DNA from: a virus
Direction: 5' to 3' (one strand)
IMG/VR virus record: IMGVR_UViG_3300017971_000261
Location: 16,268 to 80,267 of that record
Length of the DNA stretch: 64,000 nucleotides
The notes below the pieces were generated by a model, which was given only the letters and a program-made list of their open reading frames with translations, was not told where the DNA came from and did no database searches. The translations under genes and the position numbers were made by a program. Position 1 is the first letter of the stretch. Every line of letters starts with the position of its first letter. Below, one piece after another: positions 8,811-18,144 of this stretch.

Positions 8811-11590
8811 CCATTAAGCGGATGGGGTTAATTGCTCTGTCCGTGTCGTTATGCATTGGGATCGGCATTGCATGTGTTCACTCCGAAGGAGGCCGCTGGC
8901 GATCCGTTGACGAACAACTCAGGGCCGAGGCTGTGCAGCGTCTGATTGTTCCCACTGACTATCCAACGATACAAGCAGCAGTTAATGCCGCCGATAATAC
9001 TGATATCATTATCCTGGAGAATCGTGAGTTCACAGGAGAAGGGAACAGAGACATCGACCTCGGTGGCAAGTCTGTTACAATACAGTCTGTAAACCCAGAC
9101 ATGCCGACCATCATCCAGTCAACGATCATAGATTGCCAGGGTACTGAATCAGATCCTCATCGTGCCTTCATTCTGAATGAGGTAAATCAAGGCTATGCAA
9201 CAATCGAAGGCATAACCATCACAAATGGCACAGCATATGGTTCATCAAGTCCGGACGAAAGGGGTGGTGCTGTCCTTTGCCAGAATAGCAATGTCCATTT
9301 TAACTACTGCCGATTCATTGGCAATAAGGCCCAAAAGTACGGAGGGGTCATGATTGTTACTGGCAGTGGAGCACAGGTCATACGAAACTGCCTTTTTGAG
9401 AACAATCATGCCGGTAATGAAGGCGGATGTATTGATTCTGGTTCTACGACCATGATCATCGAGAACACCATATTCCGCAACAATCATGCATCCGGCGGTG
9501 ACAATACGATGGGTGGTGCTATTGCTTTCGGTGGGAATAGCTTGGAAATCCATAACAGTACCATCATCGATTGCTCTGTGGAAGGCAGGGGCGGTTCGAT
9601 TTCTACCTGGGGAACTGCTGCACTTAGCTTTCAGAATGTAAGCATTGTGGACAACAATGCAGGAAACAGAGGTGGCGGAATCTACCTGTCGCCGGATGCC
9701 AATCTGACTGCTGTTAACACGATCCTATGGGGAAACACAGATCAGGGCGGTTCGGATTGGAGTGCCCAGATCCACGATGGTAGACGCGGCACGTTTTCTT
9801 ACTCGTGTGTGCAAGGCTGGGACAGGGGAGGGGAAGCGAACATCAACACCGATCCTAAACTGACCGACTTCCATATTGCTGTTGATTCGCCCTGCAAGGA
9901 CGCCGGTGACGCGAGCCTTTCTTATGTCGAGCTTCAGAAAGACATTGACGGACAGATGCGTGTATCAGATGGACATGTGGATATTGGTGCTGATGAATAC
10001 GTCAGCCTCATCACGCGTCATGTTCCATCTGATCATACTACCATCCAAGAGGCAATTGATTCCTGCAATGATGGAGATACCGTCCTTGTCTCGGATGGGA
10101 CTTACAGTGGCCCGGGCAACCGAAGCATCTATCTGAGGGGCAAAGCTATCACTGTGGCGAGCGAGAATGGCCCATCTGCTTGCATCATCGATTGCGAAGG
10201 TCAAGCGAGAGGATTTTACCTACGCCAGGGAGAGAAAGACACAACAAAGATTAAAGGGTTTACAATCAAGAATGGTACTGCCTTCTACGGCGGCGGTGCC
10301 ATTTTCTGCTATACATCCAGCCCATGGATAGAAAACTGCGTCTTTGAGTCCAACACTGGCTCATGGGAAGGCGGAGCCATCCGATGTTCGACCAATTCTA
10401 GTCCGATCATCATGAACTGCAAGTTTGCACTCAACACCAGTACAAGCTGTGGCGGTGCTCTCGCGGCCAGGGGTGACTCCAGACCCACTGTGATGAACAG
10501 CCTTTTCGTGCTGAACAGTAGCGAGAAATTCGGCGGTGCGATCTACTGCGGTCGAGGCACAACCCTTACCGTTGTTGGTTGCACGATCTTGCGTAATGAT
10601 ACCAACCACATGGGCGGTGGTATTGCTTGTATCGGGGGCAACATCAATATCTTTGACACAATCATGAGAGAGAATACATGTGGAAACGTCAATCTGGCAA
10701 CGACACTTCCTGCCTATGGTATCTCTGGGCATGTTATGCACGAAGTGAACGGAACACCAATAAAGGATGTTGCCATCAACCCAGATCCCAACACAATGAA
10801 TGGTGCAACAACGGATGAATACGGATACTACGAAACCGCTGTCGCCGCGACCCTTACGCCTATCAACCAGGAGGAAACCACGGATGGGAAACAGCTGGCT
10901 CTGATAGGCGGCGGTGGCAGCGGCATCATGTTCCACTGCAATATCGAAGGCGGTATCGATGGTGTAGCGATTGATCCCAATTCGCCTCTCACACACCGGC
11001 CAGAGGCTACAACTGACGCTGATCCGCTATTTGTTGATTCAGATGGAGCAGATAACGACGCGAATACATGGCAAGATAATGACTACCATCTTACCGTTGG
11101 ATCACCTTGTATCGACGCCGGATATGAGGGCCTACTGCCGATATATGCTGGCTCAGTCGATCTGGACAATGAAACGAGAGTCCTTCAGGGGAAGGCCGAT
11201 CTTGGTGTCGATGAAGTCAATTACTTCAAGGTTGGAGGAAACGTTCCTATCGCCGCGTGTGAGATACAACCACCGCCTTACGTTACGAGCGGGGACGAAG
11301 TCGTAGCACGATACATGTCCGGTACGCAGCTTTCGATAGCAGTCACGGATCTTAAGGTTGCGGCACTGACTGAGGGATGGCTTGTCTGGGATGACCCTAA
11401 TCTCAGGGGAGACGCGAACTACGCCAGATCTTACATGGGTTCATCGCTCATTCTGGACGTAGACAGCGACAAACACATAGCCATCAAACTTCGCACCGGC
11501 CAGTGTGGGAAGGGCAATTTTGTTGCTATAGTAGGTGTTCTTCTCGTTCTCTCAATTGCCAGATTTTGTACCGGCAGAAGAGGACGATAG
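8726..11590 (+). CDS. Secreted/surface right-handed beta-helix protein (duplicated; GGAI repeats, choice-of-anchor-Q-like tails) with C-terminal CGxG-TM-basic sorting signal
   Basis: N-terminal hydrophobic segment, two VPxDxxTIQxA modules, GGAI/GGGI repeats, SPCxDAG and DxG.DE motifs, C-terminal GQCGKG + hydrophobic stretch + RRGR. Confidence 0.8.
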   Translation: MSRRRRKRTRRDRRTDGPASGSNVNRSVTIKRMGLIALSVSLCIGIGIACVHSEGGRWRSVDEQLRAEAVQRLIVPTDYPTIQAAVNAADNTDIIILENREFTGEGNRDIDLGGKSVTIQSVNPDMPTIIQSTIIDCQGTESDPHRAFILNEVNQGYATIEGITITNGTAYGSSSPDERGGAVLCQNSNVHFNYCRFIGNKAQKYGGVMIVTGSGAQVIRNCLFENNHAGNEGGCIDSGSTTMIIENTIFRNNHASGGDNTMGGAIAFGGNSLEIHNSTIIDCSVEGRGGSISTWGTAALSFQNVSIVDNNAGNRGGGIYLSPDANLTAVNTILWGNTDQGGSDWSAQIHDGRRGTFSYSCVQGWDRGGEANINTDPKLTDFHIAVDSPCKDAGDASLSYVELQKDIDGQMRVSDGHVDIGADEYVSLITRHVPSDHTTIQEAIDSCNDGDTVLVSDGTYSGPGNRSIYLRGKAITVASENGPSACIIDCEGQARGFYLRQGEKDTTKIKGFTIKNGTAFYGGGAIFCYTSSPWIENCVFESNTGSWEGGAIRCSTNSSPIIMNCKFALNTSTSCGGALAARGDSRPTVMNSLFVLNSSEKFGGAIYCGRGTTLTVVGCTILRNDTNHMGGGIACIGGNINIFDTIMRENTCGNVNLATTLPAYGISGHVMHEVNGTPIKDVAINPDPNTMNGATTDEYGYYETAVAATLTPINQEETTDGKQLALIGGGGSGIMFHCNIEGGIDGVAIDPNSPLTHRPEATTDADPLFVDSDGADNDANTWQDNDYHLTVGSPCIDAGYEGLLPIYAGSVDLDNETRVLQGKADLGVDEVNYFKVGGNVPIAACEIQPPPYVTSGDEVVARYMSGTQLSIAVTDLKVAALTEGWLVWDDPNLRGDANYARSYMGSSLILDVDSDKHIAIKLRTGQCGKGNFVAIVGVLLVLSIARFCTGRRGR

Positions 11591-11679
11591 AAGGCAGGGA
11601 TCATGTTTAACATGTTTGTAATCCTAAAGATGTGTCGTCCGGGGTCTACTCTCTCGGCACATACTCGTTGGAGGGTAGT

Positions 11680-12117
11680 ATGTGCAGTTCCGCGTCAAGC
11701 ACAGAGGATTTACAAGAGTTAGAAAGTCAAATCAGGTCTCAGGAAAGTCGGAGGGTTCGAACTGAATTCTCCAGGATGCTCCTTCCTTTAGCCGACATAT
11801 TACAGGAGATGCTTAACAAATGTCGTGATGGCGACGGCCATCTCGTCGTCAATTCTTTGACTGTGGGCACTCTTGTCGAGATGATGCAGGCCGTTCTTTG
11901 CGAGGAAGGCGTATGCAGATATGCTCCGTCATGCGGTGAGGAGTATAATCAAGAGATGCACGACGCCGTTGAGATAATACTGTCCGAGGAAGTATCCGAG
12001 GGACATGTCGTCACAACGGTTCAAGATGGTTATGAAATAGACCGGTCTTGCCTCCGAAAGGCAAGAGTCGTGATCTCGAACGGAGCCCAGATTGCACCTG
12101 AGAACACTGACGCATGA
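11680..12117 (+). CDS. grpE: GrpE-like nucleotide exchange factor
   Basis: LLPLADIL, GEEYNQEMHDAV, VVTTVQDGYEI...LRKARVVIS match the GrpE pattern; divergent. Confidence 0.75.
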   Translation: MCSSASSTEDLQELESQIRSQESRRVRTEFSRMLLPLADILQEMLNKCRDGDGHLVVNSLTVGTLVEMMQAVLCEEGVCRYAPSCGEEYNQEMHDAVEIILSEEVSEGHVVTTVQDGYEIDRSCLRKARVVISNGAQIAPENTDA

Positions 12118-12373
12118 GGAAGCGGAGTATCTAGCCGCAGGACCACAAGAATCGTCCCTGTCCAATACTGCCGAGATCGAAGATCTCCAGGCAACAATAC
12201 CTGATGATCATTGTCGTGAATACTACCACGGCATGGTACGCGGCCTCCAGCTCTCCGAAGTTGTCTGGAGGTTGATGTCAGAAGAAGAACCAGAGATGTT
12301 TCCCTTCATCCTTGGCCTTCTGATTGCTAGATCAGCGAATCTCTTCCTTGACAGCAGCGAATCATACCTCTAG
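12092..12373 (+). CDS. Hypothetical acidic protein
   Basis: 93-aa ORF overlapping the grpE end. Confidence 0.55.
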   Translation: MHLRTLTHEEAEYLAAGPQESSLSNTAEIEDLQATIPDDHCREYYHGMVRGLQLSEVVWRLMSEEEPEMFPFILGLLIARSANLFLDSSESYL

Positions 12374-12433
12374 GCCCAGGACAGGGATACCCCTCCAGAG
12401 AATATCAAGGTATCGCAAACAAGGAGATGCGTC

Positions 12434-12799
12434 ATGCTTAAGATCAAAAGTGCTGCTGTGCCCAAGAAAGAGACAGAAACGGTCCGTATAACAGAGAAGG
12501 TTAAATCTCGTGCTAATGCCGCCTTGGCCCCCTTTTTGAGCGGTTCTCCGATGAGAGAAATTCCTTTGGGTGACATGTTTGCTACTCTTAAGAATCTTGG
12601 TATAGTAGTTGTACAAGAGGATAATACACCATGGTCAGGCATAATAAGTGCCCCAACAGAGCAAGATACAAGGATGACTTTCGATCTATCATGGCAAGAC
12701 GAGGTTAAGGGTTTGGTTCCAATTAGCAATTCACAATTAGTTCTTTCGATCTACAAGTTTGCTACTGGGACATATGAGGTTACCGGCTACGTCGCGTAA
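12434..12799 (+). CDS. Hypothetical phage protein
   Basis: AAGGAG RBS; 121 aa. Confidence 0.75.
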   Translation: MLKIKSAAVPKKETETVRITEKVKSRANAALAPFLSGSPMREIPLGDMFATLKNLGIVVVQEDNTPWSGIISAPTEQDTRMTFDLSWQDEVKGLVPISNSQLVLSIYKFATGTYEVTGYVA

Positions 12800-12804
12800 T
12801 ATCA

Positions 12805-13635
12805 ATGGACACTCCCTACAAATCCAGCCAGGTCGCTGCGGTCGATTGGTTCCGTTACAATACGGTGCCGGGCAATGTTACCCTTCCGGACGATTGGGAG
12901 AGCCCATCAGATCGATGGACCACGAACTCTGAGTTCGACGTCCGAACATACAGGGGCGGAGAGCTGATCTATATGGGAGAACTCAACGGAGATTTGACCG
13001 ATGCATCAGGTAGATCTAACTACTATGTGACTGTAGTTATCCAACCACGACGTAATCTTGCTTTTGAAATACGAGGTAGACGTTCTAACGCATCAAATTA
13101 TGTTGCATTTCGTGTAGACTTTGACAACGACCTGATCTCTCTTCTGGAATGTAACGCAGGGGCTCGATCTACCATCGCCACATCAAGCCATACGCTATTT
13201 ACGAATATAGAAAGAAAGTATATCGTCTCTTTCTACATGTATAGCTCTCGACTCATAGGCCAGATACATGGATATCCGATTATCGAGAAAAGGACATCAC
13301 ACAACATAGGCGTTGAGGGTGTTTCACTGAACGTGGATGACTTCACAGACGACCCGTATAACGACACAACGTTTCATAGTCTGCATTTCTTCTTGGTACG
13401 TGGCCTTTACAGACAACCGCCGATGGCTCTTGAGGGTGACCCAACACGTCTGGATGTTATCTTCCGTAAGCAAATGAAGGAATGGATAGAGAATCCATAC
13501 CTCGACTATAGGTCATTTGCCGATGCTTATAGGATCAATAGAATTTACAATCCTGAATCAGTCGATATACCATGGAGACAATTAGGCTATCCTATCCGAG
13601 AACCCAGTACAGAGCAATGGGTAGACGTACTTTAG
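12805..13635 (+). CDS. Hypothetical protein, probable beta-sandwich domain
   Basis: 276 aa with alternating beta-strand pattern. Confidence 0.65.
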   Translation: MDTPYKSSQVAAVDWFRYNTVPGNVTLPDDWESPSDRWTTNSEFDVRTYRGGELIYMGELNGDLTDASGRSNYYVTVVIQPRRNLAFEIRGRRSNASNYVAFRVDFDNDLISLLECNAGARSTIATSSHTLFTNIERKYIVSFYMYSSRLIGQIHGYPIIEKRTSHNIGVEGVSLNVDDFTDDPYNDTTFHSLHFFLVRGLYRQPPMALEGDPTRLDVIFRKQMKEWIENPYLDYRSFADAYRINRIYNPESVDIPWRQLGYPIREPSTEQWVDVL

Positions 13636-13636
13636 T

Positions 13637-13665
13637 TTGCAAAACCCTGTGGCTTGTGGTATAAT
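13637..13665 (+). promoter_or_regulatory. sigma70-type promoter with extended -10
   Basis: TTGCAA-N17-TATAAT preceded by TGG. Confidence 0.75.
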
Positions 13666-13688
13666 CCTAAGTGAACAAGGAGGCCCAC

Positions 13689-14690
13689 ATGCCTGCAGGG
13701 AAAGAAGTTGATCCTCACGTCGTCTCGCTAGCAGTCAAGGGAGCACTATTAGGTTATCTCGTTGGAGATTCAGTGGCCTATCCATACCGCGATATGACGG
13801 CTGAACAAATCGGAGATCTCAAAAAGATCGATCCAACCAAGACGCACGAGAGCCAAGAATCCCCGGGCGTTTTTACTAACCATGGCTCTACGATGCTCTG
13901 TTCGCTGGCCATGCTCAATGATTGTTCGGCGGCTGATGCTTCAGTGCTGCTCGAAAAATTCCAAGCCTGGCATGTCGGATCTTCATTTGCACCAGAAGTT
14001 GAGTCGGCTGAATGTGTCGAGATTGACATTGCCACCTCAGAAGCGATCAAGAACTTCAACGACTCTATCCCTGCCGAAAGCTGTACCAGTCAAGGTGACA
14101 GCGCGTTGTCGAATGCGTGTTTGTCAAGAGTTCTTCCTGTTGCATTGTATTACGGGCCACTATCAGTCGACGAGACCATTGAAAATGCCATTGCTGTCTG
14201 TCGTGTAACTCACCCATGTGTCACAAGCGAAACGGTCTCTGCCGCGTATGCCCTAGCCGTTCGCAATCTCATGCTCCGCAAGAAGGAAAAAATCTTCGAT
14301 CTTCTTAAGGACTATCTCTCGTTTCGCAATCTGGAGGAACACCGACAAGAGGCCGAAAGAATCGCATCTTCCTCACGAGAACGCATGGCATCTCAGAACG
14401 TTCTTGACTGTTTCTGGGTGGGCTGGCAGGCCTATGCTGCTTCGGGTCTGAACTTCGAACAAGCCATAATCTCTGCCATATCGATTGGTTCGGACACGTC
14501 CGCATCTGCGGCTCTTGCTGGCTCCCTTGTTGGTCTCTCTATTGGTGCTTACGAGATACCACAACGTTGGGTTGACGAACTCAAGCTGGACGCCGAGTCC
14601 AATGAGGAAATATCGGGCTTCGTCAAAACGGTAACGAAGCGTGCGGTCAAGGCAATCTCCAAACCACAGGGGGTGCAAACTGATGCTTAA
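13689..14690 (+). CDS. ADP-ribosylglycohydrolase (DraG/ARH) family protein, degenerate active site
   Basis: GALLGYLVGDSVAYPY, SNACLSRVLPVAL, VTH, ALAGSLVG...IPQRW; the canonical TDD and DxDT motifs appear as TNH and DTSA. AAGGAGG RBS before ATG 13689. Confidence 0.85.
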   Translation: MPAGKEVDPHVVSLAVKGALLGYLVGDSVAYPYRDMTAEQIGDLKKIDPTKTHESQESPGVFTNHGSTMLCSLAMLNDCSAADASVLLEKFQAWHVGSSFAPEVESAECVEIDIATSEAIKNFNDSIPAESCTSQGDSALSNACLSRVLPVALYYGPLSVDETIENAIAVCRVTHPCVTSETVSAAYALAVRNLMLRKKEKIFDLLKDYLSFRNLEEHRQEAERIASSSRERMASQNVLDCFWVGWQAYAASGLNFEQAIISAISIGSDTSASAALAGSLVGLSIGAYEIPQRWVDELKLDAESNEEISGFVKTVTKRAVKAISKPQGVQTDA

Positions 14691-14931
14691 GGTCAAAGCG
14701 AAGGGCAATGAAGCTGCTGAACACATGTGGCGGCGTTTCCAGAAGATCTGCGAGAAAGAGGGCCTGATGCGCGACATTAAGCGTCGCATGTACTACGAGT
14801 CACCCTCTGAGGAACGCCGAAGGAAGAGGCTTAAAGCCAAACGCCGAAGAATCAAAGAAACCCAAAGAAACAAACAGAAGACGAAAAGACGTAAACCTTC
14901 GCGTGGAAGGATCGCATTCCGGTCTAACTAA
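14683..14931 (+). CDS. rpsU: 30S ribosomal protein bS21
   Basis: MLKVKAKGNE...RRFQKICEKEGL..DIKRR.YYESPSEERRRK matches the bS21 consensus; basic C-terminal tail. Confidence 0.9.
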   Translation: MLKVKAKGNEAAEHMWRRFQKICEKEGLMRDIKRRMYYESPSEERRRKRLKAKRRRIKETQRNKQKTKRRKPSRGRIAFRSN

Positions 14932-15928
14932 ACCCATGCTCGGCTAGAAGTTTTGCATATTTTGCTACGCAGTGTCTTATGTGTAGGAATTTGTCAAAGT
15001 GTGCTTTGGTTGATTTGCGCAGGCGTCGCAGTACCGGACGTTTTCGGATTAGTCGCCGTATTTGTTTCTGCACATCCTCATAGGTCTTGAAATAGATTCC
15101 ATTCACTCCATTTTGGACGAGTTCATTTGTTCCGCCCTTGTCACGGCAGAGTATTGGGACACCAAGTGACAATGTCTCCAGCACTGCCATTGATGAGCCT
15201 TCCGAGATCATATTGTCGTAGAAATAGAGGTGGAGCGACGACAGAAGTGACATTTTCCAGTCCTGATCGTCTATAACGCCTAGGTATCTGACATTGTCCA
15301 TCTCGTTGTGATAAGGTTTGCCTATCATGTAGTGAACGTGCCCCTTTATACCGTTCAGATATTCGGTTGCCTTATCAGAGAACTTTCCTCCGCACAGACG
15401 ATGACAACGACCCGTTCTAAACTTATCCTGCTCCAAGACGGGACATCCGGGTTTTAGCCCAGATTCTGGCGGCTCCCAGTATTCCATACCATTAACGATG
15501 ATGACATGCTTTTTCTTACGTGGATATCTAGCAATGCCATCCAAAAATGCAGAAACAGAGACAAAGACATCAGCTTCCTGGAATCTACGTAGTTCTCCTG
15601 GACCCTGCACTGTGTGGTTGACAACGATATAGAATGGGTCAATATCTTCAAGACATGGAGCACCGAAAAGCCTATGCTGTATGACAACATCGTACTTTCG
15701 GGCAATCTTCTTCTTGAAATCCTTGTAGCGATGGTAGCCTGCCACGTTAAGACCACTAGTTTCGATGAGATTCTTATTGGTGGTCTCGTCATCACCACGT
15801 TTGTTCACAACAAGAAGATCGCCATCAATGTCATAATACTTCTTGAGGCCACGTATTATCTGACAAACAGATGTCGTCCCGCCATTCAAATTGGGGTGAG
15901 CGATGATGTGTGCAATTTTAGCAGGCAT
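14924..15928 (-). CDS. GT-B (family 4-like) glycosyltransferase
   Basis: N-terminal GG motif, FVSVS, IVNG, EGSSMAVLETLSLGVPIL (EX7E), GGTNELVQNGVNG. Confidence 0.85.
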   Translation of the reverse strand: MPAKIAHIIAHPNLNGGTTSVCQIIRGLKKYYDIDGDLLVVNKRGDDETTNKNLIETSGLNVAGYHRYKDFKKKIARKYDVVIQHRLFGAPCLEDIDPFYIVVNHTVQGPGELRRFQEADVFVSVSAFLDGIARYPRKKKHVIIVNGMEYWEPPESGLKPGCPVLEQDKFRTGRCHRLCGGKFSDKATEYLNGIKGHVHYMIGKPYHNEMDNVRYLGVIDDQDWKMSLLSSLHLYFYDNMISEGSSMAVLETLSLGVPILCRDKGGTNELVQNGVNGIYFKTYEDVQKQIRRLIRKRPVLRRLRKSTKAHFDKFLHIRHCVAKYAKLLAEHGFS

Positions 15929-15938
15929 AAGCCCCTAA

Positions 15939-17039
15939 TTATACACCGTTTTCTTCCATGAGCTTCTTGACATCCACAAGTCCATAACCGGTTTTCTTGT
16001 CTTTTCCGGCCGAAGAAAGATCGATAGCGGTCTTTCTGAGATGCTCACGTATTTCTTCTACGGTATCGACAGGTGTAGCTCCGCCGAGTTTTCTGTGTTT
16101 CGCGATCATGAGTGCTACAACTCCGGCCACCCACGGTGTTGCCATGCTCGTTCCGCTCATAACTCCATATCTGTTCTTTGGCAGGGTGGACAGGACTTTA
16201 ACTCCTGGTGCAACGAAATCTAGATTAGGCCCAGTTTGGCTAAAACTCGCGCGACTCATATCTTTGGATACTGCACCTATGGAAATCGTTTCCTTCAGTC
16301 TGGCTGGATAATCTAGCTTGCCTATGTTCCCCGCATTGCCAGCCGCACATATGACAGGGACATTCTTGCTATATGCACGCTGGACAGCGGCACGCATGGC
16401 CTTATTGTTGTCCGGGCCACCGAGTGACATGCTGATCACATCAGCCCCCTTGGCTAAAGCGTAATCAATACCCGTCGCAATGTCTACGTATCTTCCGCAA
16501 CCGTTGTTGTCTAAGACTTTGATTGTGATTATTTTCGCATCCGGAGCCACTCCGACTACGCCGATGCTATTGTTGTTTGCAGTTACGATACCTGTGCAAT
16601 GTGTACCATGACCATCGCCATCATAAATTTTTGTTCTTATCTTCTTGATCTTCTTATTTACCGCACTAATCCTGCGCTGGTTTAGTCTGATGGATTTTCT
16701 CATTCTTTTCTTAGCACCTTTGCTCTTTGTTCGTCTGATTCGCTTCTTAAGTGTAGAAATTGATGATTTGTATCTTGACCTAGTCTTCAGAAGGTTTTTG
16801 ATACTACTATCTCCGCTGAAATTGTGTTTTGCACCAAATGAATTTTTGAGGTCTTTGTGTTTTGTGTCGCAACCGGTATCCAATATGGCAACAGTTACGC
16901 CCTCTCCTTTGGTTGTAGCCCAAATCTCTGGGATGTTGAATTTCGATATATGGTATCCGAGCCTTTGGGCACTGCTAGTCGAAATATCGTGTTTCACTAG
17001 ATCCGGCGGTAGTTCACATTCTGGTCTTTTTGCTGGCAT
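15939..17039 (-). CDS. Subtilisin-like S8 serine protease with basic insertion
   Basis: VAILDTG, DGHGTHCTG, AAGN, GTSMATP triad; no signal peptide. Confidence 0.92.
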   Translation of the reverse strand: MPAKRPECELPPDLVKHDISTSSAQRLGYHISKFNIPEIWATTKGEGVTVAILDTGCDTKHKDLKNSFGAKHNFSGDSSIKNLLKTRSRYKSSISTLKKRIRRTKSKGAKKRMRKSIRLNQRRISAVNKKIKKIRTKIYDGDGHGTHCTGIVTANNNSIGVVGVAPDAKIITIKVLDNNGCGRYVDIATGIDYALAKGADVISMSLGGPDNNKAMRAAVQRAYSKNVPVICAAGNAGNIGKLDYPARLKETISIGAVSKDMSRASFSQTGPNLDFVAPGVKVLSTLPKNRYGVMSGTSMATPWVAGVVALMIAKHRKLGGATPVDTVEEIREHLRKTAIDLSSAGKDKKTGYGLVDVKKLMEENGV

Positions 17040-17146
17040 GATTTCCCCCCTAAATACGTTTCTCCATGGAAAAGGCGCTATCCTTTACTTGCTCAAAGGG
17101 TCTATCTAAATAGATGGTGAAATCTATAGTAGACAGGAGGTTAGTT

Positions 17147-17521
17147 ATGAGAAGCTGGTTGTTAGCAACGTTGCTGATTGGTTTTCTTGCTCTTTCGTCC
17201 GGACAGGCATACGCCAGACCGCATCACGGAAGGCATCATGGACGTTCGTATACCACCTGCCGAAAACTTTGCCCTACGAAGTGCCACAAGCCACGGTTTT
17301 TGGCCTCTCATCATTGTTGGAAGGCACGATGTGAAGAACACAGACGCCTCACTGGTGGTTCTCTTGTTGTGGGTGGGCCCGGTGGATATCTGAGTATCCG
17401 AATCGGACGTGTATCACCAAGGCCAACTTGCGGCAATGGCAGATACTACTTCGAGCGAGACTATGGACATAGAGGCCCGTTCTATCACCAAGGTCTGGGC
17501 CGCATGCGAGGATGCAAGTAG
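17147..17521 (+). CDS. Small secreted protein
   Basis: AGGAGG RBS; signal peptide ending AYA; His/Arg/Cys-rich mature part. Confidence 0.65.
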   Translation: MRSWLLATLLIGFLALSSGQAYARPHHGRHHGRSYTTCRKLCPTKCHKPRFLASHHCWKARCEEHRRLTGGSLVVGGPGGYLSIRIGRVSPRPTCGNGRYYFERDYGHRGPFYHQGLGRMRGCK

Positions 17522-17538
17522 GCTACGTTAGATTCCGC

Positions 17539-17567
17539 TTGCAAACATCGCACGAATAGTGTATGAT
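17539..17567 (+). promoter_or_regulatory. sigma70-type promoter
   Basis: TTGCAA-N17-TATGAT, intergenic, upstream of the tRNA cluster. Confidence 0.6.
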
Positions 17568-17593
17568 TGGGTTGTACGCGAGGCCAACCCAAG

Positions 17594-17956
17594 ATGGAAG
17601 TAAGTCGCTCCGACACACGATATGTTTGTGTGCTTCATTGCAACAGGGCCAAGAAGAATTTGGCCCACAGTCTAGCCAAAACTCCCTATCAATACGAAAT
17701 CGAGCAGATTCCTGATTGCCCAACTCAGTACAGGGAAATCTTCGTTCGTGCCACCCTCGCTCGGTTAGCAGGATCGTTTCGGAACGGTAAACCGTTTGAG
17801 GTCATTCTGGATCATATAATGTCTTTGGACAATGCTGTAATTGTCGTTTTTGGACATGAAGATCTTTTACCACTGATTCAGTCATGGGCAGAGCAAAATT
17901 CTTGTAAGTTTCGTTGCTGGAAAACTTGCCACAGCGTCGATCTTGTGGTATCCTAG
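17594..17956 (+). CDS. Hypothetical protein
   Basis: ATG downstream of the promoter; 120 aa. Confidence 0.6.
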   Translation: MEVSRSDTRYVCVLHCNRAKKNLAHSLAKTPYQYEIEQIPDCPTQYREIFVRATLARLAGSFRNGKPFEVILDHIMSLDNAVIVVFGHEDLLPLIQSWAEQNSCKFRCWKTCHSVDLVVS

Positions 17957-17976
17957 GGTGTGCGGGAGCGTGAGCT

Positions 17977-18144
17977 ATGTCACACTCGAAGGGGAACAAG
18001 CATGCTGGCAAGCGAAATTACGTCCACCAGGGTTGGGTAGGATCAAAATGGTGGAAACAGGCTCGGTATGCTCGTTGGGATGACCACAGACAGAAGGATA
18101 GTGGCCTTCCTTTCAGGCGAAAAGACAAAAAGAAGAAACGTTAG
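17977..18144 (+). CDS. Small basic protein (55 aa, absent from ORF track)
   Basis: GGAG RBS; MSHSKGNKHAGKRNY...RRKDKKKKR; the stop codon overlaps the first base of the tRNA. Confidence 0.55.
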   Translation: MSHSKGNKHAGKRNYVHQGWVGSKWWKQARYARWDDHRQKDSGLPFRRKDKKKKR

